A stretch of 64,000 nucleotides of DNA from contig JAFGQK010000300.1 of the NCBI GenBank assembly GCA_016935735.1, positions 3,437 to 67,436 of the forward strand, read 5' to 3'. The translations under genes were made by a program, and so were the position numbers. The DNA comes from Spirochaetales bacterium (lineage in GTDB: Bacteria > Spirochaetota > Spirochaetia > SZUA-6 > JAFGRV01). Below the pieces are notes generated by a model. It was not told the origin of the DNA, did no database searches, and was given only the letters and a program-made list of their open reading frames with translations. Below, piece by piece: positions 57,135 through 64,000 of the stretch (positions within the stretch are counted from its first letter, which is position 1; each line of letters starts with the position of its first letter).

Positions 57135-57563
57135 TCAAAGTTCTGCATTTGCTATCCACCTGCCATGTTTATTGCAGAAGTGTACAACTGTTAATTTTCC
57201 TGTTACACTCTTTTTTACATGAATACTCACTGCCGGTTGCATTGAATCAGGAAGCATAGTATACCTGGAAGTATAGTTGTTATTAACATAAATATCTATC
57301 CAGACAATCCAGTGATCCTGCTGCATAGGATGTGTTGTAGATCCGATTTTTATATGAATATCACGGCAATCATCAATCATTCCGCAGGCAGCAGTCACGG
57401 TAATAACAGGTACATGCTTTTCTTTGCCTTCTTTTTCAGAGGGTATGATTGCATCCGGATTTTCCCGGAAATTCACCTTTGATGCCCCGCATACCGGACA
57501 TTTTTCCGGTATATGATTGAATTCAATATGACCGCATACATTACAAACAAATAATTTATCCAT
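57135..57563 (-). CDS. Superoxide reductase (desulfoferrodoxin family) with an N-terminal CxxC ... CxxC zinc-ribbon/rubredoxin-like domain
   Basis: EKHVPVI centre-II motif plus His/Cys ligands (H ... H ... C ... H). N-terminal CNVCG ... CPVCG. Confidence 0.7.
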   Translation of the reverse strand: MDKLFVCNVCGHIEFNHIPEKCPVCGASKVNFRENPDAIIPSEKEGKEKHVPVITVTAACGMIDDCRDIHIKIGSTTHPMQQDHWIVWIDIYVNNNYTSRYTMLPDSMQPAVSIHVKKSVTGKLTVVHFCNKHGRWIANAEL

Positions 57564-57740
57564 TTTACCTACTCCTTCTTTTTACCTTAATTCCAACTTA
57601 CATTATAATGTAATTCCTTTCTCTGTTTACGTCAAGAACATGGCGCGAGTGCCAAAACAGGTTTTTTTAACTACAGAAAACAGGATTCACGGAAATAAAA
57701 GGAAATTCCTGATCTGTTTCATAAATAACACCTATAATTA

Positions 57741-58775
57741 TTGACATACAATAAGTTAAATGATACACTTCCGCTATACATTATGAATCATATAAAAACT
57801 TTTTTCATACTTATCCTGTTTTTTTGTATTTATCACTGTCCCGTACAGGGATTGGAACTAATAAAAACAAAAAAATGGGACGTGAATCTGTCTTTGCGGC
57901 TTGCCCCGGCATATGTCTTTAACTATCCATCTTTATTGAATGGATTTGAATTTTATAATATGGAAATCGAATTTGAATGTGAGTATGATAATCGTGTTGA
58001 GTTGGCTCTTGCTTTCGATCTCATGGAACTCTATGAAGGATCCGGCTTTGTGCCCGGAAAACTTATTGAAGATGCATATCTGAACTATAATTTTCATAAA
58101 TTCTTAAAAATCCGGGCAGGGCAGTATAAAGTACCCCTGGGTGAAGAAATAGCTCTTGGCATGTCGGAAAGACCGTACTATGATCATTCTCTGGGGTCAA
58201 GACGATTGGCCCCCGGCCGGCGGCAGGGATTGATGTTTTCCGGTAAGGAAATTTTCTCTTTCCTTGGCTACCAGGCTGGCATCTTCAATACGTCGGAAAC
58301 AGATAAAGAAGAAAATGAAAGCCCCTATCTTTCAACAGCAGGAAAGCTTATTCTTGATTTCGATGAGTTCCCGGGAATATATCTAAAAAGCAGTTATAGC
58401 ATTTATTACAGCTTTGATGAGATTTTTGCCCAGGCAGCATCCCAGTATTTTTCCTGGCAGTTCTTTCAAATCCATAAACTTACCCTGTTCGGTGAATACC
58501 TGGAACAACGATTTTACCATTACCACTGGAACAATAGTATTTTCCTGTTGTTAGCATACCGTGCAGGGCTTTTTGAGATCTACAGCTCGGGAGAGTTCTA
58601 TGACGAGAATGTCGGGAAAGAGGATAAAGACGATTGCTTTTCATTATGCTCAGGGATTAATCTCTATTGGATAAAAGACCGTTTACGAACCAGTCTGGGA
58701 CACCGATACACAAATGAATATCAAAAAGGAGAAGAAAAAAACCGGTTCGTTCTCGTAATGATGTGGGAAATATAA
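57741..58775 (+). CDS. Hypothetical outer-membrane (porin-like beta-barrel) protein
   Basis: N-terminal signal sequence. Alternating amphipathic beta-strand pattern. Ends in an aromatic residue (W-E-I). Confidence 0.35.
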   Translation: MTYNKLNDTLPLYIMNHIKTFFILILFFCIYHCPVQGLELIKTKKWDVNLSLRLAPAYVFNYPSLLNGFEFYNMEIEFECEYDNRVELALAFDLMELYEGSGFVPGKLIEDAYLNYNFHKFLKIRAGQYKVPLGEEIALGMSERPYYDHSLGSRRLAPGRRQGLMFSGKEIFSFLGYQAGIFNTSETDKEENESPYLSTAGKLILDFDEFPGIYLKSSYSIYYSFDEIFAQAASQYFSWQFFQIHKLTLFGEYLEQRFYHYHWNNSIFLLLAYRAGLFEIYSSGEFYDENVGKEDKDDCFSLCSGINLYWIKDRLRTSLGHRYTNEYQKGEEKNRFVLVMMWEI

Positions 58776-59996
58776 ATGATACGATTACTTATAAAAGCCT
58801 TCATTCCTTTCAGTATCATTTTTTTTATTACCGGATGCGCGTTCTTTCTTAATGAAGATGGATTTGATCCCCTGGAGCGTCCGACAGAGGACGGGTTGCC
58901 TGTTTTCTACATCCATCCTGCCCCGAAAAGCACTGATTATTGTCCGGCGACAGTCTATTATCGCGGAAAGAAATATAAAGCAGAAGCCAGGGTCCGGGGG
59001 TCAGTATCCCGGCATTTCCCGATGAAAAGTTATGCATTACGGTTTCCCGAAGATCAATTGTTCAATGATCCTGAATTCCAGTTTCATGATGAAAGAATAA
59101 TCGCCTTAACTACCTCTTTCAGTGACAATTCATTTATCCGCAACCGTCTTGCATTTGATCTTTGGAATCATATGGACAGTGCACATGTTCAGATAAAGAC
59201 CTATAATGCTGTCGTTTACCTGAATGCCTGTTACTGGGGACTTTATACGATCTGTGAACATGTTGATGATCTATTACTGGAAGAAAATGGTTTGAACCGG
59301 TATGGGAATCTTTACAAGGGAGTGACCCATGATGCAAATTTCTACTTAAAGGAAAATCTGCACGAGGGATTCTTGAAAACAGAAGGAAATCCTGAACATG
59401 GAGAAAATGGGGCATATACCGATCTGGATGAATTCATTAATTTTGTCTGCAAGACAGAGCCGGATGATTTTGTTGCCCGGCTTGGTTCGGTTCTGAAGCA
59501 ACAGGAATATGAAGACTGGTGGATGTATGTTGTTTTTATGATGACATTTGATTGCTGTAATAAAAACGCATATCATTATATTGATCCGGCAGGGGGGCTC
59601 TGGCGTTATATTCCCTGGGATTTTAATGATGCATTCGGGCAGCTCAGAACAAGGCGGCTTAATCCTTTTGATGATCCGGATTATACCAACCTTAATAACT
59701 TATTCAGGCGGTTTCTTGAACAGGAAGAAATTTTTTCGTCCATAAAGGCCAGGTATCTTGATATTCTTTCCCCCGGCAATGCATTTGATGATAACTGGAT
59801 AGTGTCAAAAATCGATGAATACGATGCAGAAATACATGACGCAGCAGTAAAAAGCGAAAAAAAATGGAGAAAAGAGTACAGGGATTATGGAACATGGAGT
59901 GACAGGGATGACTTTACCACCTATGAGGAAGAAATCCAGTATATGAAAAACTGGGTAATCGACCGTCATTCATTTCTGCTGGATAAGTATGACTGA
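58776..59996 (+). CDS. CotH kinase family lipoprotein
   Basis: Lipobox ITGC. CotH-like NAVVYLNACYWGLYTICEHVDD ... GNLYKG ... segment. Confidence 0.55.
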   Translation: MIRLLIKAFIPFSIIFFITGCAFFLNEDGFDPLERPTEDGLPVFYIHPAPKSTDYCPATVYYRGKKYKAEARVRGSVSRHFPMKSYALRFPEDQLFNDPEFQFHDERIIALTTSFSDNSFIRNRLAFDLWNHMDSAHVQIKTYNAVVYLNACYWGLYTICEHVDDLLLEENGLNRYGNLYKGVTHDANFYLKENLHEGFLKTEGNPEHGENGAYTDLDEFINFVCKTEPDDFVARLGSVLKQQEYEDWWMYVVFMMTFDCCNKNAYHYIDPAGGLWRYIPWDFNDAFGQLRTRRLNPFDDPDYTNLNNLFRRFLEQEEIFSSIKARYLDILSPGNAFDDNWIVSKIDEYDAEIHDAAVKSEKKWRKEYRDYGTWSDRDDFTTYEEEIQYMKNWVIDRHSFLLDKYD

Positions 59997-60015
59997 ACAG
60001 GTAATAGCGATACAA

Positions 60016-61161
60016 TCACGTAATAGTCTTCACACCCCTGCTGTATTTCATCTTATACGCATATACTGCAATAAATAAGGCACCAAAGGCAAGAAGCAGC
60101 AGGATGGTAAAACCGGACGAAGCAAGGGATGCCCCGTTCTGCAGATTTTGCAGTGCCCGCATGGTCCAGCTCTGGGGGAATACCCCGGCAGCATATTGCA
60201 GAAAATCGGGCATAAAACTTAAAGGCCAGAAACAGCCCCCAAGCATGGAGGTGGTGCTGATAATCACGTTGGAAAACAATGCTGATTGTATGGTGGATCC
60301 TGCAAAAGAAGTGATCATAATCCCGAAACCAATAGCGGTAATCGTAAATGCCAGTAAAAGTGGCAGTACTGTAAGTACGGAAACGCCGAGATTGATGTTT
60401 AACAGAAATACAATGATGAAAAGGGTAGTGATAATCTGGGCGCAAAGGATGATAAATGCCGCAAGCATATTACCAAGTGAATAGAAAATTTCCCGTACCG
60501 GTGCAACCTGTATCCGGTAGAATGTCCTGTTTTGTTTTTCTTTAAGCATAAGACCTGTTATGACAGATGCCTGCATCAGGATAATATACAGAAAAAAACC
60601 AAATCCTATTGAACCCGCCGTTTTACTGGTGCCGGTATCGTTAACCTCACGGATTTTAAGGGCAGTTTCGGTTGTTAAAAAATCTTTATACATTACTGTA
60701 AAAAGTCCGGAATCTGTCCCGGTTATCTCTTTGAGTTTTAAAACACTGTCAATAAAATAATTGATTTCATTCTGTATGAATCCGGCGGCCGCTTCACCTT
60801 TAAGTGAATAAAGATAAATTACAGGTTTGCGATCATTTTCCAGTTCATCAGAAAAATTTCCTGGGATAAGTAAAGACATAACGGTGTTTCCGTCGATGAT
60901 ACTGCTGTCCAGCCGGTCTTCGGGAACAGGGATAATCCTGTTCTTTTCTGTTTTTCCCAGATGGGCGATCAAATCTGCACCAATCCGGCCATTATCTTTA
61001 TTAATATAGCCGATTGAAAGACCCCCGGTCATTGCGGTTCCAAAAATTACTGTCATAAGTAAAAAGCTTGCGACTGGTGCTACGATAAAGAGAAGATAAT
61101 TTATCTTTTTTGAAAAGGTCAATTTCATGAAGTTGGACATGATAATGAAAAGTGTTCTCAT
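60016..61161 (-). CDS. ABC-2 family transporter permease
   Basis: N-terminal TM, large extracytoplasmic loop, 5 C-terminal TM helices typical of ABC-2 permeases. Confidence 0.7.
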   Translation of the reverse strand: MRTLFIIMSNFMKLTFSKKINYLLFIVAPVASFLLMTVIFGTAMTGGLSIGYINKDNGRIGADLIAHLGKTEKNRIIPVPEDRLDSSIIDGNTVMSLLIPGNFSDELENDRKPVIYLYSLKGEAAAGFIQNEINYFIDSVLKLKEITGTDSGLFTVMYKDFLTTETALKIREVNDTGTSKTAGSIGFGFFLYIILMQASVITGLMLKEKQNRTFYRIQVAPVREIFYSLGNMLAAFIILCAQIITTLFIIVFLLNINLGVSVLTVLPLLLAFTITAIGFGIMITSFAGSTIQSALFSNVIISTTSMLGGCFWPLSFMPDFLQYAAGVFPQSWTMRALQNLQNGASLASSGFTILLLLAFGALFIAVYAYKMKYSRGVKTIT

Positions 61162-62279
61162 ATTGTTTTCCTCCTTACTGCCTTTATTGTGGATATACCC
61201 AGCAATACTATTCCCGGAACCAGGCAGAAAAGAAGTGCGGGGAAAAAATAATGATGACTGGTGCTGTAAATGATTTCATAAAGTGCCTTATTTACCCATG
61301 AAAGAGGGGAAAACCACGATAGAATTTTGAATAATCCCGTATCCGGCAGTTTCATATATCCGCCACCCAGAAAAATGAGACAGGGGATAAAACCATTTAA
61401 AATACCGGTGACAGCATTGATGTTATCCAATAAATGGGCGATTCCTACACCAAGGGACAGGGCAAAAATGCTTTCACAAAATAAAAGGGCAATAACTACA
61501 GGAACATTCTCACCAAAATAAATATTCAAAAGATACTTTTCGGTAAGTAAAAGAATCAGGAGTTGCAACATCAATATGATGATTGTTCCGAGACAAATAC
61601 CAAGAAGAAACTGTACTCTCGTTACCGGGGCAGTGTATATCCGGTTAAGTGTTTTGAGTGATTTTTCCTTGATGACGCCAAAAGAGCCAATAAACGAACC
61701 ATAAAGAATTGCCATGGTAAGTATGGTAATACCGAAATAATCAATTGCCCTCGGCTGCCGTGATGCGTTTAGTGATGAATGTGTAATAAAATCGGCTTCT
61801 TTGGAGGTGATAACAGATTCCAGGGCTTCCGGTTTATACCGGAACACCAGGTTATAAAAATCAAACCGGGCTAAAAAACCATTCAGTATTCCTTCGATAA
61901 TACCGGCCTGCACACCGCTGTTGTTATTCAAGACAAGTTCAAGACTCTTTTGTTTTTCATCAATAATGATAAAAGCCTGGTATTCTCTCTGCCTGGTCTT
62001 TTCTTCTCCTGCATGGATGCTTTCTGTTTCTTCACTGGTTACCTTAAAATCATCAAGTTGTTGGAGAAACATTTTAAATCCGGCATATAGATTTCCCTTT
62101 TCCTCACAATAATATCCGATCTTCATGTCTATGGTGACCTGTCCTTGAGAGAAAACACCCGATAAAGCAAGACCCAGGATCAAAATGAGAAAAACCGGGC
62201 TTACTATCAAAAGGCTAAGAGCAATAGGCCGTTTCAAATTCTGCTTAATATATTTCCAGGCAATACGTAGACTATTCAT
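61158..62279 (-). CDS. ABC-2 family transporter permease
   Basis: Same architecture as the adjacent permease. 4-nt overlap. Confidence 0.7.
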   Translation of the reverse strand: MNSLRIAWKYIKQNLKRPIALSLLIVSPVFLILILGLALSGVFSQGQVTIDMKIGYYCEEKGNLYAGFKMFLQQLDDFKVTSEETESIHAGEEKTRQREYQAFIIIDEKQKSLELVLNNNSGVQAGIIEGILNGFLARFDFYNLVFRYKPEALESVITSKEADFITHSSLNASRQPRAIDYFGITILTMAILYGSFIGSFGVIKEKSLKTLNRIYTAPVTRVQFLLGICLGTIIILMLQLLILLLTEKYLLNIYFGENVPVVIALLFCESIFALSLGVGIAHLLDNINAVTGILNGFIPCLIFLGGGYMKLPDTGLFKILSWFSPLSWVNKALYEIIYSTSHHYFFPALLFCLVPGIVLLGISTIKAVRRKTI

Positions 62280-62299
62280 AAATCAAAATCCTCCCTTCA

Positions 62300-63232
62300 T
62301 CAGTGGTCCCTTAGTTTTCTCCCGGTCAGGGTAAGAAATACCATTTCCAGGTTGGGAACATCCAGTTCCAGATTATTCACCGGTATTTCATTTCCAATAA
62401 AATAGGATATTATCTGAGTCAGGTTATTCACACCCCTGTCGTTGTCAATAAATACCTTGTTCCCGAGTGTTTCAACATGGAGAACTCCCTGAATACGGGA
62501 TAGTTTTTCAGTATCTACAGGATAATCTGTTTTCATGGAAACAATAAATCTGCTCTTGTCTTTTATTAAGGATTTGAGTTCTTCATTTGTACCTTCTGCA
62601 ATAATTTTCCCATGATCGATAATGGCGATTTTTGAACATATGGATTCAGCCTCTTCCATATAATGGGTTGTGTAAATTACCGTGCACCCCTGTTTATTCA
62701 GTTTTTTAACCGATTCGAGAATATGATTGCGGGATTGGGGGTCGATCCCTACCGTCGGCTCATCCATAAATATGATTTCAGGATTATGGGCAAGTCCGCA
62801 GGCAATATTCAAACGGCGCTTCATTCCACCGGAAAACGTCCGGGGATACTTTTTCGCTGCATCTTTCAGACCGGTAAATTCAAGCACATTCATAACAGAT
62901 TCCTTTAATTCCTGCCCCCGGACCCCGTAAAGGCTGGCAAAAAACTTTACATTATCATAGGCAGATAAATCCTCATAAATCGCCATGTCCTGCGGTATGA
63001 CCCCGATGATCTCTTTTATTTGATGGATGTTTTTTCGGATGTCATAATTCCCGATTGTCACTTTACCACCTGTCGGGGGCAGGAGTCCGCAGAGAATGTT
63101 GATGAGAGTGGTTTTCCCTGCACCGTTTGGCCCGAGTAAACCATAAATTGTCCCTTTTTCTATAAAAAGGGAAACATTATTGACTGCCGTCACGTCTGCA
63201 AATCTTTTTGAAAGTTCTTCTATACGGATCAT
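62300..63232 (-). CDS. ABC transporter ATP-binding protein
   Basis: Walker A GPNGAGKTT, signature LSGGMKRRL, Walker B IIFMDEPT. Confidence 0.9.
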   Translation of the reverse strand: MIRIEELSKRFADVTAVNNVSLFIEKGTIYGLLGPNGAGKTTLINILCGLLPPTGGKVTIGNYDIRKNIHQIKEIIGVIPQDMAIYEDLSAYDNVKFFASLYGVRGQELKESVMNVLEFTGLKDAAKKYPRTFSGGMKRRLNIACGLAHNPEIIFMDEPTVGIDPQSRNHILESVKKLNKQGCTVIYTTHYMEEAESICSKIAIIDHGKIIAEGTNEELKSLIKDKSRFIVSMKTDYPVDTEKLSRIQGVLHVETLGNKVFIDNDRGVNNLTQIISYFIGNEIPVNNLELDVPNLEMVFLTLTGRKLRDH

Positions 63233-63333
63233 AACTCATCCTCCCTCTTATTATTTCTGTATTCTACTCTAAATATAAAAGATAGTGAGAAGAGGTGAAA
63301 AGCGAGAAAAGTCATTTTCGGATATGACAAACG

Positions 63334-63957
63334 TCATATTTTTCCGCGTTTTAAATAATAGACAGCGATCTGGGTCCTCTGTTTTAGCTTTAGCCTGGAA
63401 AGGATAGAGGAAATATAATTTTTAATGGTTCCTTCGGATAAAAAAAGATGTCCGGCGATTTCCCTGTTTGAATATCCTTCTGCTATAAGTTTTATGACTT
63501 CTATTTCCCTTTCAGAAAACTGCGATGTGTCGATTTTCGGTGATGCTGAACCGGATTGTATTTTATCAAACACCGAATCCTGAAAGACCGTACTTCCATT
63601 ATAAACAAGCTTTACCGTATCCTTTATTTCACGGGCAGTCTTCCCTTTTAAAAGGTATCCTCTTGCCCCGTTCTTTACTGCCCGGTAAATAAGTTCATCT
63701 TCATCAAAGGTTGTTAATATAATCGTTTTTGTACGGGAACCTTCGGTAATCTGTTTTACCGCTTCCACCCCATTCAAGACCGGCATCCGTATATCAATCA
63801 AAGCAACATCAACCCTGCCGGAAATACAAGCATCCACTGCCTGCTTTCCATCATTCACCGAGGCAACGACTTTGAAATCCTCGTCCCTGCCAAGAATAAT
63901 TTCAAGTCCTTCCCGGATAAGGGGATCATCATCTGCTATTAAAACCCGGATTGGCAT
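63334..63957 (-). CDS. NarL/FixJ-family response regulator
   Basis: VLIADDDPLIREGL ... D ... K receiver motifs. LuxR HTH LSEREIEVIKLIAEGYSNREIAGHLFLSEGTIKNYI. Confidence 0.85.
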   Translation of the reverse strand: MPIRVLIADDDPLIREGLEIILGRDEDFKVVASVNDGKQAVDACISGRVDVALIDIRMPVLNGVEAVKQITEGSRTKTIILTTFDEDELIYRAVKNGARGYLLKGKTAREIKDTVKLVYNGSTVFQDSVFDKIQSGSASPKIDTSQFSEREIEVIKLIAEGYSNREIAGHLFLSEGTIKNYISSILSRLKLKQRTQIAVYYLKRGKI

Positions 63958-64000
63958 GTTCGTCTCCTTTTTTAAAAAGCATGATCATGGCAAAGCCATC

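Noticed and set aside
63958-64000. Possible 3' end of a minus-strand gene (histidine kinase?) upstream of the response regulator
   Set aside because: Only about 40 nt are visible. A frame ending ..WLCHDHAF-stop followed by an SD for the regulator is plausible, but it cannot be supported from so little sequence.

Overview
This 64 kb window appears to come from an anaerobic, Gram-negative-type bacterium of moderately low GC content. Support for that reading: an mreBCD-mrdA-rodA operon, lipoproteins, outer-membrane proteins, superoxide reductase, several radical SAM enzymes, iron-containing alcohol dehydrogenase and a nitroreductase.

Housekeeping content:
- map, then tRNA-Thr.
- mltG, dnaG-rpoD, rnpB (RNase P RNA).
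- A TPR protein followed by mreB-mreC-mreD-mrdA-rodA.
- A fused radical SAM/DUF2344 protein downstream of rodA.
- pbpC, and several signalling genes: NarL-type response regulators, a 7TMR-DISM histidine kinase, a LacI-domain/GGDEF protein and a LuxR solo regulator.
- An ABC-2 exporter.

Main accessory feature: a roughly 16 kb biosynthetic-looking island (7.3-22.9 kb) lying between tRNA-Thr and tRNA-Tyr. It encodes:
- two paralogous GT2 glycosyltransferases carrying an unusual conserved C-terminal domain;
- a peptidase-U32-family protein between them (the family that includes Fe-S, O2-independent hydroxylases);
- two crotonase-fold enzymes, a KAS-III/HMGS-like condensing enzyme, a 3-hydroxyacyl-CoA dehydrogenase, a FabF-like ketosynthase, an acyl carrier protein and an acyltransferase;
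- a B12-binding radical SAM enzyme, a SPASM-domain radical SAM enzyme, a SAM methyltransferase and a PAPS-type sulfotransferase.

The island is punctuated by island-specific structured repeats:
- three copies of an ~85 bp element (A);
- two ~50 bp palindromes (P) arranged as mirror-image A-P modules bracketing a 5.7 kb tailoring cassette;
- two copies of a ~120 bp structured leader (D) upstream of operon starts.

Other unusual signals:
- T-depleted polypurine arrays with 8-nt periodicity placed immediately after the stop codons of adh and rpoD.
- A secreted protein built from 21-bp (heptad) E/D/K-rich tandem repeats.
- A second SPASM radical SAM locus: small protein, rSAM, CARDB lipoprotein, TcmP-like methyltransferase and ferredoxin-nitroreductase.
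- A truncated histidine-kinase fragment.

No CRISPR array, integrase or transposase was recognised.
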